Shown one piece after another: positions 17,657 through 28,123 of a DNA stretch of 42,403 nt. The stretch comes from a virus (Duplodnaviria; Caudoviricetes). The position numbers were made by a program, and so were the translations under genes. The stretch spans positions 1 to 42,403 of IMG/VR virus record IMGVR_UViG_3300046786_000606; one strand, 5' to 3'. The stretch's first letter is position 1. The number at the start of each line of letters is the position of its first letter. The notes beneath the pieces are model-generated. The model was not told the DNA's origin. It made no database searches and saw only the letters and a list, made by a program, of their open reading frames with translations.

Positions 17657-20600
17657 TGAATCCATTTGAATCAATCTTAAATATCGGTAAAAGCATTATA
17701 ACTTCCGGTAAAAGAGCGGTTACAGACCTTTATAGTGGCCAAGGGGCTTTTGCACCAGACACTAATTTAGGTATTGCGAGGAATACCATTACTGGATTGC
17801 CATCTGCTGCGGGTACGGTTAAAAGTACAATTAGTGATTTTATAGCACCAAAAAGGGGTTTCGATCTAATGTCTACTCAAGATTATGTAAGAGGACTAGT
17901 TAATGCTAAGACACTGGCTGATCGTACTGCTTTGAATGAAAAGTGGAAAGCTCAACAACCGACTTTCAAGGAATCTGCTACGACACCTTTTAGATATGGT
18001 GCTGAGATAGCATCCGGACTAGGCAATCTTATTGGTCCGGCAATTGCTAATAGACCTTTAGTTGGAGAAGGCAGTATTGCTGCTAAATTCGGTGTTCCAA
18101 CTAAGACTGGTAGTGAGTTGGCAAACACACCGTTTGGATCTAGGTTAGCCGACTATGGGGCAACGGTAGAAGATTATGCAATACCAAAGACTGCCGGAGA
18201 GGCTCAGGCTATGCAGGTTGCTGATATATTATCTTTCATTCCAATGGGATCAGTAAAGGCGGTAACTAAAGCAAAACCATTTGCTGATTTTATTGTAAAA
18301 GACCAGAATATCTTTAGAGAGATGGCTCGTGTAATTAGTGAAAAAGGTGTAATACCAGATAATGTACTTACTTATGCTAGAAGTAGATTTAAGAAGTATG
18401 GTTACAAGGTACCAGAAAATAATAAAGCATTTGTGGATGTTGTTAAAAACGCTGTAGAATCCGCTAACGCTAAGGCCGAGGAGGTTGCTACTCAAAAGAT
18501 GTTTACCCAACTGGATCAACAAGTCGGACAACAGTTTAAGACGCCACAAGAAATGAAACTGTTAGAAGAAGCTAAACTAAAAAAAGAATTATACTCCATA
18601 AAGGATGATGCTAATGCAATAGTCAAAGACGGCAAAGATGCCGTAAAACAAGGCCGTGATCCTATTGGTCGCTTTGACTTCAAGCCTAAGCCTGCACTGT
18701 CAGAGGAGTTAATGGGGAAGATCAACAAGGGTAAAGGCACCCAAGAAGCCTTCGGCGCCATAGGTGGTGTCGAACAAGACGAGGACGGCAAAATCAAGTT
18801 TGACCCTATGAAGGCCGCCTTTGGTGTAGCAGGCATGACTGCGTATAACAAGGGGAAAGGTTTCCTAAAGAAAGGTGTAGTCCCCGGTAACCCGACAAAG
18901 ACATTGGCGCAAACAGAAGCTAAACTAGGAGTGAAGAAGTTTGCACAATCTTTTGATGTTTTTGATAGTAATAGAAAACTATTAGGTAAAGTAGATGCAA
19001 AAGATTTTTTCTATGCAGAAGATAAGGCAAAAGAACTTTTCAAAGGAGAATATTCTTTCTTAAAAAAAGCATCAGATAAACCCGTAAGAAAAACTGTTAA
19101 CCGTGCAGAATATGATGCCGGTTACTTCGATAGAAAGCCAGTGACTTTGCCACAACAGTTAGAGGAAAAGGTTATTGCTAATCAGATCCAGAAGGAAGCA
19201 ATCCAAGCTAACCCTCTTAATGACCTCATAAAGTATGTAGCCAAGACTGGCGAGAATAAGGGTAGACTACCTGAGGTTCTTGGTGGTGCAGGTACCAAGG
19301 GTTTTGGTAAGAAAGGTGATGATATCATCAATGCGACACTTGGAGACAATGTGGACAGTGGGGCCGTCCGCGATCAATTGGAGACCTTCATGGCTAGAAA
19401 GAAGGCTGTGTTAGCAGAGGAGGTGGCTATAAAGAATGAGATTAAACAATTAAAAACAAAACCCATAGAGTCACCAAAAGTAGAGGCGCCACGTCCTTCT
19501 TCTCAAGTCCCAGCTTTGAAAGCAACGACAGGGGAAGTACGATCGCTAGAAAGAATGGCAGAGCAATCAGCCACAAAAGAAATCCTTGATCCTCAATTGA
19601 GGAAGTACGCTTCATTACCTAAAATTATAGAGAAAACGGCGACAAATGTAAAGAACAAAGTTAACGCTCTTGACTATCTTCGCACACCAGAAAATGTCCT
19701 AAAGAAAATCGGTTTGGAATCAAATGCCGTAGAGATGAGACGCGCCTATGATGGTTATGTTAAAGAGTTACCAAAGAATATAGACAAGATAACGGAGTGG
19801 TCAAAGCGTGTTTCAAAGGAAAGCGGTTCAAAGATATTTAAATATCTTGATGGTGAAGCTGTTGATCTGGCTCCAGAAGAAGTGAAGGTTGCTGGAGGGA
19901 TAAAAGATTGGTTATCCGAGTGGGCTGATCGTCTTGGTCTACCAAAGGATAATCGTATCGCAAACTATATTACCCACTTGTTTGACGATCAGTTGATCAA
20001 AAAGGAATTTGATGAAGACCTTGCTAAGATAATTGCCGATAAGGTTCCGGGAAGTGTCTACGATCCATTCCTACAGAAAAGACTTGGAGCAAAAGGATAT
20101 AAACAAGACGCATGGGGCGCACTTGATGCCTATGTTAAGCGTGCTACGCGCAAGGTACACATGGACCCCGCTCTTGCAAACCTAGAGGAAGCATCCCGCG
20201 GTCTTGAGAAGTCACAATGGGATTATGTTAAGAAATATGCTGATCGTGTAAATATGCGTCCTACCGATTTGGATAACCTTGTTGATAATGGAATAAAATC
20301 TTTTATAGGCTATCGTCTTGGTCAAAGACCAATAGCGACTATCACAGGTGCTCTTCGTCGTGCTACATATAGAGGTATGCTTGGACTTAATGTTGGCTCT
20401 GCCTTGCATAACTTATCACAAGGAGCTAACACCTATGCAAAACTAGGTGAGAAGTACACAACTATTGGCTATGCTAAATTGTTTAACCGTGCGAATTTGG
20501 CAGAATTAAAGGCTGAGGGTGTACTGTCCTCATCATTTGTTCAAGATAGGGCAATGTCATCTGCAAAGAAATTCATGGAGAAGGCAGACAAAGTGTTATT

Positions 20601-22065
20601 CTCAATGTTTGATACAGCTGAAAAGATAAATCGTGGTGCTGCTTATTTTGGTGCTAAAGCAAAAGGATTAGCAAGTGGTATGAATGAAGCTCAGGCTATT
20701 GAGTATGGTAAAAAGATAGTCCGTGAGACACAGTTTGCTTTCGGATCGATTGATACACCAGTTGGGATGTCTAGTGACTTGGTAAAGACATTAGTCCAAT
20801 TCCAAACATTTACCACCAAACAGATCGAGTTCCTTGCCGGCATGGCAAAGAATAAAGAATACGCTGGTCTTATTCGCTATGCTCTATCTGGACTAGCGTT
20901 TGTCTACACTGTTGGTCAAGCATTTGGTATGAAAAAAGAGGACTTGCTACCGATATACAGACTTGGAATACCACCATCGTTGAAACTTCCTTGGGAGGGA
21001 GCAAAGGCCATTGTGAATGCACCTGATAAGTATGGCCAACCTAGGACTACGGGAGAGAAGGTAAGCGATATTGTCGGTACACTTCCCGGTTATATTCCTG
21101 CTGGTATACAAGGAAAGAAAACTATACAGGGTGTCACCGCTATCCAACAAGGTGGATCGTACGACAAAGCCGGTAGGTTACAGTTCGAGCAAGGACAATC
21201 GCCTGCACAAAAGACGCAAGCTATCCTCTTTGGTAAGTATGCCTCGCAAAAGGCTAAGGATTATTTTGCACGATCGGATATTCAAGACAAGAAAGAAAAG
21301 TCGTTACAGCCAGTATATGATCGTGTACAAGAATTAAAACAAAGCGGTAACGTAGCTGAGGCACAAAAGATAATTGATTCATTGTCTGATTCTGACTATG
21401 AGATATATAAACAGGTTAAGTCTTCAAATCAATCTAAATTAAAATCAGAATTAAAACAAACAATATTTCCTATCTATTCTGAGGTACAAAGATTAAAGCA
21501 ATCTGGTGATACGACTAAAGCTCAAGAGATAATAGATTCTTTATCTGATGACGAGTATGACGCTTACAAAGCTATAAAAACAGAAGGGACAAAACAGCAA
21601 GCAAAAAAAACCTACAGTCAAAACGTAGTTTCTCGTTATGCGGAAGCGGTAATAAAAGACCCTGCTAATGCTCTACGGGCTTTATTTACCAAAGAGAAGT
21701 TGGGTAATGTTGAGGGTAACTTGGTGGAGTTACAAAGATTTTATGGCATACCATTTGATGACGTTGGTGGATCACAAGAGTATAAGAAAAAACGTATGAC
21801 TGAAATGGGGCTTGATTGGGATACACAAAAAGACAAATACAAACTCGAACATATTGTGCCAGTGTCTGCCGGTGGTAGTAATGCTGATAGTAATTTAATT
21901 CCTGTAGATAATACAGAACACAATCTTTACACCCCTGTCGACATTGCTCTAGGCAACGCTGTAAAAAATGGAAAGATAACACGACAAAGAGCATCTGAGT
22001 TATCCCGTGGTTTGAAAGTAACAAAAACATTATCAGTTGAAGATATTATCAATTTATTAGAATAA
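17656..22065 (+). CDS. Large internal virion/ejection (polyvalent) protein with C-terminal HNH-like motif
   Basis: 1469 aa; helical core (SALHNLSQ, QFQTFT); two about 40-aa repeats; KLEHIVPVSAGGSNADSNLIPVDNTEHN. Confidence 0.75.
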   Translation: MNPFESILNIGKSIITSGKRAVTDLYSGQGAFAPDTNLGIARNTITGLPSAAGTVKSTISDFIAPKRGFDLMSTQDYVRGLVNAKTLADRTALNEKWKAQQPTFKESATTPFRYGAEIASGLGNLIGPAIANRPLVGEGSIAAKFGVPTKTGSELANTPFGSRLADYGATVEDYAIPKTAGEAQAMQVADILSFIPMGSVKAVTKAKPFADFIVKDQNIFREMARVISEKGVIPDNVLTYARSRFKKYGYKVPENNKAFVDVVKNAVESANAKAEEVATQKMFTQLDQQVGQQFKTPQEMKLLEEAKLKKELYSIKDDANAIVKDGKDAVKQGRDPIGRFDFKPKPALSEELMGKINKGKGTQEAFGAIGGVEQDEDGKIKFDPMKAAFGVAGMTAYNKGKGFLKKGVVPGNPTKTLAQTEAKLGVKKFAQSFDVFDSNRKLLGKVDAKDFFYAEDKAKELFKGEYSFLKKASDKPVRKTVNRAEYDAGYFDRKPVTLPQQLEEKVIANQIQKEAIQANPLNDLIKYVAKTGENKGRLPEVLGGAGTKGFGKKGDDIINATLGDNVDSGAVRDQLETFMARKKAVLAEEVAIKNEIKQLKTKPIESPKVEAPRPSSQVPALKATTGEVRSLERMAEQSATKEILDPQLRKYASLPKIIEKTATNVKNKVNALDYLRTPENVLKKIGLESNAVEMRRAYDGYVKELPKNIDKITEWSKRVSKESGSKIFKYLDGEAVDLAPEEVKVAGGIKDWLSEWADRLGLPKDNRIANYITHLFDDQLIKKEFDEDLAKIIADKVPGSVYDPFLQKRLGAKGYKQDAWGALDAYVKRATRKVHMDPALANLEEASRGLEKSQWDYVKKYADRVNMRPTDLDNLVDNGIKSFIGYRLGQRPIATITGALRRATYRGMLGLNVGSALHNLSQGANTYAKLGEKYTTIGYAKLFNRANLAELKAEGVLSSSFVQDRAMSSAKKFMEKADKVLFSMFDTAEKINRGAAYFGAKAKGLASGMNEAQAIEYGKKIVRETQFAFGSIDTPVGMSSDLVKTLVQFQTFTTKQIEFLAGMAKNKEYAGLIRYALSGLAFVYTVGQAFGMKKEDLLPIYRLGIPPSLKLPWEGAKAIVNAPDKYGQPRTTGEKVSDIVGTLPGYIPAGIQGKKTIQGVTAIQQGGSYDKAGRLQFEQGQSPAQKTQAILFGKYASQKAKDYFARSDIQDKKEKSLQPVYDRVQELKQSGNVAEAQKIIDSLSDSDYEIYKQVKSSNQSKLKSELKQTIFPIYSEVQRLKQSGDTTKAQEIIDSLSDDEYDAYKAIKTEGTKQQAKKTYSQNVVSRYAEAVIKDPANALRALFTKEKLGNVEGNLVELQRFYGIPFDDVGGSQEYKKKRMTEMGLDWDTQKDKYKLEHIVPVSAGGSNADSNLIPVDNTEHNLYTPVDIALGNAVKNGKITRQRASELSRGLKVTKTLSVEDIINLLE

Positions 22066-22083
22066 TGTTATAATAGTAAAAAT

Positions 22084-22854
22084 ATGGATAACTCAAAAGA
22101 TAAACAAATGTATCAAATGCTCAATGATGGGTTTAAGAGTATCGCTAAATCGCTCTCAAACGTCTCGATTCCACAAAAAGAATTTATATTTATTGACCCT
22201 ACAAATTTCAAAGGTCCTCCGGGACCTCCGGGGGAAAGTCCATCAGATGAAAAACTGCTTTCGCTAATAAAGCCTCTTATTGAAGATACAGAACCGGGCG
22301 AGCGTGGAGCGCAAGGTGAAAAAGGAGACAAAGGTGATCAAGGTGAGAAGGGAGAACAAGGAGTTAAAGGAGATAAGGGCGAGAAAGGAGACAAGGGAGA
22401 GAAAGGTGATCAAGGGGAGAAGGGGCAAGATGCTGTAATCGATGACAGTGTTGTGGCTAAGGTTAGTCAAGCTATAGATGAGCGTATAAGACCAACAATC
22501 ATTAAACAATTTGGAGGTGGTAATACTCGTCCACTTGATCTGCTTGTAAACGGTGTATCTTACGGCGGTGTAAGAGAAATAAATATCGTAGGTTCTGGGG
22601 TTGCAGGTGAAATCATAAACGGCGTTATGACGGTCACTATTGCCGGTGGTGGTAATGCTATGGTTGACAACGAAGTGGTCTCTGGATCAGGTACCTCATT
22701 TACTTTATCTCAAACGCCTATTGCTGGTACAGAACATCTATTTGCTCTTGGTCAAAGGTTAAAACTGACAACCGATTATTCAATAACTGGTACATCTATT
22801 ACTACAGTCTCCTCGTGGTCAGCAGGAGATTTAACAGCAGATTATCAAATATAA
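22084..22854 (+). CDS. Collagen-repeat virion appendage protein
   Basis: (GEKGDK)n Gly-X-Y repeats at about 22297-22430; C-terminal FTLSQTP...DYSITG domain; TGTTATAAT promoter upstream. Confidence 0.8.
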   Translation: MDNSKDKQMYQMLNDGFKSIAKSLSNVSIPQKEFIFIDPTNFKGPPGPPGESPSDEKLLSLIKPLIEDTEPGERGAQGEKGDKGDQGEKGEQGVKGDKGEKGDKGEKGDQGEKGQDAVIDDSVVAKVSQAIDERIRPTIIKQFGGGNTRPLDLLVNGVSYGGVREINIVGSGVAGEIINGVMTVTIAGGGNAMVDNEVVSGSGTSFTLSQTPIAGTEHLFALGQRLKLTTDYSITGTSITTVSSWSAGDLTADYQI

Positions 22855-22857
22855 TAT

Positions 22858-24420
22858 ATGAATAAATTTTTAATAACATTATTAGTACTTCTTTTACCTA
22901 TAAGCTTAAGTGCTCAAACTGTATTTCGTTCAAGTCAGGTTGGTTCAAGCCCTGTATCTGATTATTATCTTAAAACAAATGGTGTAACTTCATTCTGGGC
23001 GGCGGTAACAGGCGGAAGTGGTGCAGACGGTAACTGGTCGTTTTTCAACAATTCAGGTATACGACTTGCAACAACGACCAACCAAGTAACTATTGGTGCA
23101 ACCGCAACAACTACTCTATCCCCTCTTGAAATAACAAAGACAAGTGCTGGAAATATAATTGATACACTTCTATTAAAGAACGTAAGTCTTACGGCCGGTA
23201 CAGAGACGGGTATATTCTTTGCCCCTTCTAACACAGCTGACGGTACTCGTGGCGCTAGGATCAGTGCGGCAAATGATGGAGCGAATGTAATTGCATTAAA
23301 ATTCTATACAGGTGTAGCTGGTACAATAACAGAAAAACTACGCATAACAGGTGCTGGTTTTGCAGGCTTCGGTACAACCTCGCCTTGGCGTTCATTATCT
23401 GTAAATGGCTCATCAGACTTGGGTACTAATGCACTAGCAGGTTACTTTACAGCAACGACTACAACAGCCTCGGTATTCCCTGTCGCAAACATTACTAAGC
23501 TCTCTAACCTCACTTCAAACGGCTTTGTAAAGACTGGTAGTAGTGATGGTACATTGAGCGTAGATACCACAACATACGAATCAGGCTTAACAGCTGGTGA
23601 CGGTCTTACAAGGACAGTAAATGATTTTGATTGTGATACAGCAAATAGTTCTACATTTGGTTGTCTTTCCTCTACTGATTGGACTACGTTCAATAATAAA
23701 CAATCCTCTGGCAACTACATTACAGCCCTTACAGGCGACGTGACCGCTAGTGGTCCTGGTTCAGTAGCGGCAACCCTAGCTACGGTTAACTCAAACGTAG
23801 GCTCTTATACGAATGCAAACATTACGGTTAACGCTAAGGGATTGATTACAGCAGCGGCGAATGGTACAGCAGGTGGAGGTTCGTCTGCTTATGAAATAGC
23901 GACAACATCATCTATTTCAGTATCGGAAATTTCGTACTTTACAAAGACTAGCGGTCTTACAACTTTGGGTGGAGTAGCTACGACATCAGTAACGTGTAGT
24001 GGTAGTACGACTTGTGACCCATTTACAGTAATTGGTTCTAGCCCTATAACAATAAGTTCAACAGCAGGTGGAGGCACTGGTGTTGTCGGCGGTTTCTCTC
24101 ACCTTGCAACTTCAACATCAATGAGTATAGATATTTGTGACACAGCTTATGCAACAACTTCAACGCATACGATTAAGAAACTAGCGTCCAATATAACTGT
24201 CACAATGTCGGGTTCAACGTGTTTAGGAAAATTTATCTACATTGATGACATCGCACCACTTACAGGAGTAATAGGTACTACGACCTTCTTAGGAGTAATG
24301 TGGGACGGACAGATTAACCCTGGCTCCGCTGTGGTAAATGGTTGGACAGATAGGTTCAAGTTTACTGTTACTGCCTCAACGACTGCTTATATACAAGCTA
24401 AACTAGATTCAGGATATTAA
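22858..24420 (+). CDS. Thr/Ser-rich fibre-like protein with apparent signal peptide
   Basis: MNKFLITLLVLLLPISLSA N-terminus; GFGTTSP, ALTGDVTASG, GSYTNANITVNAKGLITAAANG motifs. Confidence 0.7.
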   Translation: MNKFLITLLVLLLPISLSAQTVFRSSQVGSSPVSDYYLKTNGVTSFWAAVTGGSGADGNWSFFNNSGIRLATTTNQVTIGATATTTLSPLEITKTSAGNIIDTLLLKNVSLTAGTETGIFFAPSNTADGTRGARISAANDGANVIALKFYTGVAGTITEKLRITGAGFAGFGTTSPWRSLSVNGSSDLGTNALAGYFTATTTTASVFPVANITKLSNLTSNGFVKTGSSDGTLSVDTTTYESGLTAGDGLTRTVNDFDCDTANSSTFGCLSSTDWTTFNNKQSSGNYITALTGDVTASGPGSVAATLATVNSNVGSYTNANITVNAKGLITAAANGTAGGGSSAYEIATTSSISVSEISYFTKTSGLTTLGGVATTSVTCSGSTTCDPFTVIGSSPITISSTAGGGTGVVGGFSHLATSTSMSIDICDTAYATTSTHTIKKLASNITVTMSGSTCLGKFIYIDDIAPLTGVIGTTTFLGVMWDGQINPGSAVVNGWTDRFKFTVTASTTAYIQAKLDSGY

Positions 24421-24422
24421 AC

Positions 24423-25223
24423 ATGAATAAAAAACTTATTACAATTATAACCATTCTAACCACTCTAGGAGTGGGGTATGGTGTAGTACTAGCTTTTTCC
24501 CCACAGTATGGAATAAACGATGGTCTAGTAGGGTATTGGACACTTGATGGCAGACAAACACCATGGTCATCCGCAACAGCTGGTACAGCTCTTGATATCT
24601 CAGGTTCTGGAAATAATGGAACTCTAACTAGTATGACAAAGTCAACCGCATATGTACGTGGTAAAGTTGGACAAGCTTTGTGGTTTGATGGGAGTGCTGA
24701 TTATATTAGTGCAAACTCATCGGCCTTGACTTACCCCATAACTCTGTCAGCTTGGGTAAAACTAGATGTTATTCCATCTATAAATAATGTAGATAAAATT
24801 CCTATTTCTCTAGCAAATCAAAGTGGAATAGAGGAATTTTGGATTGGTTTTAATAGGAGTTCTGGCGGTGTTAATCAACTAAGGTCAGTTGCCCAAGGAG
24901 GTGGAAATCTGAGAACCTATAGTATTACTTTAACAATGGACAAAAACTGGCATCACGTTACAGCAGTATTTATAAATTCATCAACTCATGTACTTTATTA
25001 TGATGCTGTCAAACAGGCTGCCACCTATGGAGTCGGTGGTACAGGAACCCCGACACCTTCAGGAATAAATAAGGCATTTATTAGTGGGTTTTTTTACAAC
25101 ACATCAACCTATTATTCTCCATTTCCGGGTCTAATTGACGATGCGCGTATCTATAATAGAGCCTTGAGTGCAGTAGAAGTAAAGCAGTTATATCGCATGG
25201 GTGTAAGTGGTAATCCAAGATAA
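24423..25223 (+). CDS. LamG/concanavalin-like domain protein
   Basis: GLVGYWTLD, DISGSGNNGTL, GKVGQALWFDG, TLSAWVK, WHHV, IDDARIYNRALS; hydrophobic N-terminus. Confidence 0.88.
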   Translation: MNKKLITIITILTTLGVGYGVVLAFSPQYGINDGLVGYWTLDGRQTPWSSATAGTALDISGSGNNGTLTSMTKSTAYVRGKVGQALWFDGSADYISANSSALTYPITLSAWVKLDVIPSINNVDKIPISLANQSGIEEFWIGFNRSSGGVNQLRSVAQGGGNLRTYSITLTMDKNWHHVTAVFINSSTHVLYYDAVKQAATYGVGGTGTPTPSGINKAFISGFFYNTSTYYSPFPGLIDDARIYNRALSAVEVKQLYRMGVSGNPR

Positions 25224-25244
25224 TTATTATTTAACAAAACAAAT

Positions 25245-25598
25245 ATGAACATAGAAGTTATAAAAGATACAAAAATTATAGAAAATAACACTAAGGATTC
25301 TTTACAAGTGAAGATTGAGAACGACACTGTTATTCCTGAAACATCAGTAGAAATTGCTGGACATCTTATTAAAGGTAAAAATCTTATAGTTACCGACGTC
25401 TCCTACGCTAACCTTGGAAACATTAAAGCTCGTCTTACGGAGATAGATGAACAAATCCTTAAACTAAGTTCAGAGAAAACATCTCTTCTAGCTACTCAAG
25501 GACTTATCGAACCCGAACTCGATAAAGCTATAACGGATATATTAAAAGACCCAACTGCGGTAGATAGAAGGACAGTAAATGAAGAAGTAACACCATAA
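25245..25598 (+). CDS. Hypothetical protein
   Basis: ORF in operon, short coiled coil. Confidence 0.7.
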   Translation: MNIEVIKDTKIIENNTKDSLQVKIENDTVIPETSVEIAGHLIKGKNLIVTDVSYANLGNIKARLTEIDEQILKLSSEKTSLLATQGLIEPELDKAITDILKDPTAVDRRTVNEEVTP

Positions 25599-25600
25599 CA

Positions 25601-25993
25601 ATGAATGACAGAGAATACATAGACAAAAGAATAGAAGCTAGCCACTTGGCATTAGCAAAAACCGTCTCTGATTTTGGGGCGGTTGTTTCTAACAATAATA
25701 ACGAGATAATTGATTTGAAGCGAGTGGTGAAAGACTTTATCGTAAGAGCGGATAAGATGTTAGATAAACACGATGAACAGATTGATGCGCTTGAGAAATC
25801 AGACGTTGATATACGCTCTACTTTCAAAGGGGGTAAATGGATGGCTGGAATAGCAACGACGGTTATATTAAGTCTTATAAGTACGATAGGTGTGTTGGGT
25901 TACAACAATCTTACAGCTAGACTAGCGGTATTTACAGAAAATATATCTATAATCAATGTTAAAATCGATAAGATACAAGCACAAACAAAATGA
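25601..25993 (+). CDS. Coiled-coil plus TM protein (lysis-module membrane protein)
   Basis: HDEQIDALE coiled coil followed by one TM helix. Confidence 0.65.
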   Translation: MNDREYIDKRIEASHLALAKTVSDFGAVVSNNNNEIIDLKRVVKDFIVRADKMLDKHDEQIDALEKSDVDIRSTFKGGKWMAGIATTVILSLISTIGVLGYNNLTARLAVFTENISIINVKIDKIQAQTK

Positions 25994-26844
25994 ACTATGG
26001 ACTTGATCTAAAACGCGAACAACAACACTCCTCACCTGACGATTGGATATTTGGTGGTTTTTCTACTCCTTGTATAGCCTCGATACCAGAGACAGAGCGT
26101 TTCAAATACCTCCCTTCTGGTGAAGTACAGCGTGGACTTGAGGATATGATGGACTGTGCTACCCGTGGTCCAATTAACATATTAAAGACAAAGTTCAATT
26201 GGCTATATAGGAATAATAAAATTACTCCAGAGAATAAAGCATGGCTAGAAAAAAATGGCTATGTAAGGAACGGTAACGTCGAGTTTTCCAACGCCTTTAT
26301 CGCTATCTTAAGTGGTACGACCCGTGAAGGTAACTCTCTTAAAGCACCGCTACAAGCGATTGAAAACAATGGACTTGTACCAAATTCCAGACTACCTCTA
26401 TTAAGTACAATGACTTTTGACGAGTACCACAACCCTTTACGAATAACGAGTGTGCTTCAGTTCCTCGGACAAGAATTCAAAAAGAGGTTTCCAATCAACT
26501 ACGAGAAGGTATACGAGATACACTACAATGAGTTATACGAGGGCGACATGATTGTTGAGGCTGGTTACGCTTGGTCAATTCCTGTAAATGGTGAATACCC
26601 TAACATCGGAGCCGACCCTAACCATGTTTGGATGGGAATTTGCCGACCACTTCATACAATCTTTGATAACTATATCGATAGTGTTGATGGTGATTTTATA
26701 AAAAAGCTCGCACCAGACTACGACATGCTCGACTACGGTTATCGTGTTTTTATCTCGGCAGAAAATAAAGTTATCAACAGTTTTACAAAACAATCTTTGT
26801 GGAGTAAAATATTGGCATGGTTTACCAAGTTCTATAAATTATGA
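25990..26844 (+). CDS. Papain-like cysteine peptidase (putative)
   Basis: YLPSGEVQ...MDC (Gln/Cys), PNHV (His), FDNY arrangement. Confidence 0.7.
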   Translation: MNYGLDLKREQQHSSPDDWIFGGFSTPCIASIPETERFKYLPSGEVQRGLEDMMDCATRGPINILKTKFNWLYRNNKITPENKAWLEKNGYVRNGNVEFSNAFIAILSGTTREGNSLKAPLQAIENNGLVPNSRLPLLSTMTFDEYHNPLRITSVLQFLGQEFKKRFPINYEKVYEIHYNELYEGDMIVEAGYAWSIPVNGEYPNIGADPNHVWMGICRPLHTIFDNYIDSVDGDFIKKLAPDYDMLDYGYRVFISAENKVINSFTKQSLWSKILAWFTKFYKL

Positions 26845-27518
26845 ATAATACCTCCCGAAAACTTTTCATCTCGGCAGGACATTACGGAGCAACATCAGGT
26901 GCAGTAGTTGGAGGTCTAACAGAAGCAGAATTAAATAATAAATTTCTCGAAGCGATTAACTTCGGTACTAAAGTCCCTAAAGGAACACTACGATCTAAAA
27001 TAGACTGGGTTAACGAACGTGCTACGAAAGACGATATTGCAATTGAAATACATTGCAACTACTCAAGCGATGTAAACAAAAGTGGCATAGAGGTTTACTT
27101 TCGAGATGAAGATGATAAGAAACTAGCACTTTTGTTAGACGAGGCGATGTACAAGCAGTTTGGAAAGACGCTTGGTGGTTTTAGTGTGGATCTACACACG
27201 CTCGGTTGTGATCAAATGTTAGGTTCAGTTCACCACGATTCAGAGTCTTACGTTCAATCGTTGGGATGGTGTAGAGAGCTAAAATGCCCTGCTGTCATAG
27301 TCGAAGTTGAGTATATGACCAGTAAAGAAGGTCTAAAAATTCTATTAGACAGCGAAACGCCAGCAAAGGTGGCGAAAGCTATCTATGAAGTATTTTCGCC
27401 TGTCGTAGAGGCTTCTGTGACGTCCTGTGAGGTGGAAAAGAAGGAAATTGCAAAGTTAAAAGAGCAATTGTCGTGGTATGACAAATGGGTAGGTAGGTTA
27501 CTTCGTTTGTTGAGATAG
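26841..27518 (+). CDS. N-acetylmuramoyl-L-alanine amidase (Amidase_3) endolysin
   Basis: ISAGH, TEAELN, IEIHCN, SGIEVY, AVIVEVEYM Zn-amidase motifs. Confidence 0.9.
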   Translation: MNNTSRKLFISAGHYGATSGAVVGGLTEAELNNKFLEAINFGTKVPKGTLRSKIDWVNERATKDDIAIEIHCNYSSDVNKSGIEVYFRDEDDKKLALLLDEAMYKQFGKTLGGFSVDLHTLGCDQMLGSVHHDSESYVQSLGWCRELKCPAVIVEVEYMTSKEGLKILLDSETPAKVAKAIYEVFSPVVEASVTSCEVEKKEIAKLKEQLSWYDKWVGRLLRLLR

Positions 27519-27606
27519 TTGTCTAAAGTATCCCCGGTGAATATCCAAACCCTTTTTATATAAAGCGATAGATTGCACCGGGAATACTCTAGATAACCCT
27601 AGAGTA
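27519..27606 (+). promoter_or_regulatory. Structured leader with two mutually exclusive hairpins
   Basis: Imperfect stem 27519-27545/27567-27596; alternative perfect TACTCTAG/CTAGAGTA 27585-27606. Confidence 0.55.
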
Positions 27607-27621
27607 GAAAGGTTCATTGAC

Positions 27622-27834
27622 ATGAATGTCCATAGTGTCAGGTGTTTTCGTAGGCGGTGTCAGTTACCCATTCGGGTGGTGTCAGCTCATATCCACAATG
27701 GTCTCGTCTTCTGCTCGGAGGGTTGCTTCCGTGCATGGCAAAGCGAGAGCGAAGTGGAGGTTGAGGTCAAGCGGTGTCGCTTGTTCCCTCTCCCTATCGC
27801 CTTCCAGCGACCCGTGATGGTTCGTAGTGATTAG
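27622..27834 (+). CDS. Small Cys-rich protein (TRASH/YHS-like Zn finger)
   Basis: C-x4-C ... FCSEGC; AAAGG upstream. Confidence 0.55.
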   Translation: MNVHSVRCFRRRCQLPIRVVSAHIHNGLVFCSEGCFRAWQSESEVEVEVKRCRLFPLPIAFQRPVMVRSD

Positions 27835-27845
27835 GGAGGTATAGC

Positions 27846-28112
27846 ATGTCACGCACAGTCAAACGGTTTGGTTCAAAAGCGTATAGACGTCTACTCATTC
27901 GCAAGGGTGAGTCAAGGCATCACATGCGGTGCAGGTCTAACGGTGGAGGTAATGAACCATCGAACATATCAATTGTCAGGCAAGTGGACCATGACCACTA
28001 CCATGCCTTGTTTAGCAATCTGTTGCCACCGACAATTTGCGACATTCTGAACAAGAAGTATCTTGACCCACGATGGAGGTTCATCTGTGTTCAAGTACCA
28101 GAACGGCAGTGA
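27846..28112 (+). CDS. Small HNH-like protein
   Basis: RHHMRCRSNGGGNEPSNISIV...HDHYH; SD GGAGGT 5 nt before ATG. Confidence 0.7.
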   Translation: MSRTVKRFGSKAYRRLLIRKGESRHHMRCRSNGGGNEPSNISIVRQVDHDHYHALFSNLLPPTICDILNKKYLDPRWRFICVQVPERQ

Positions 28113-28123
28113 TGTCGTTACAC

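Noticed and set aside
24465-24485. Similarity of TAGGAGTGGGGTATGGTGTA in LamG gene to the G-rich loop at 31079-31098
   Set aside because: Only 12 nt exact with gaps in low-complexity G/T sequence; compatible with chance
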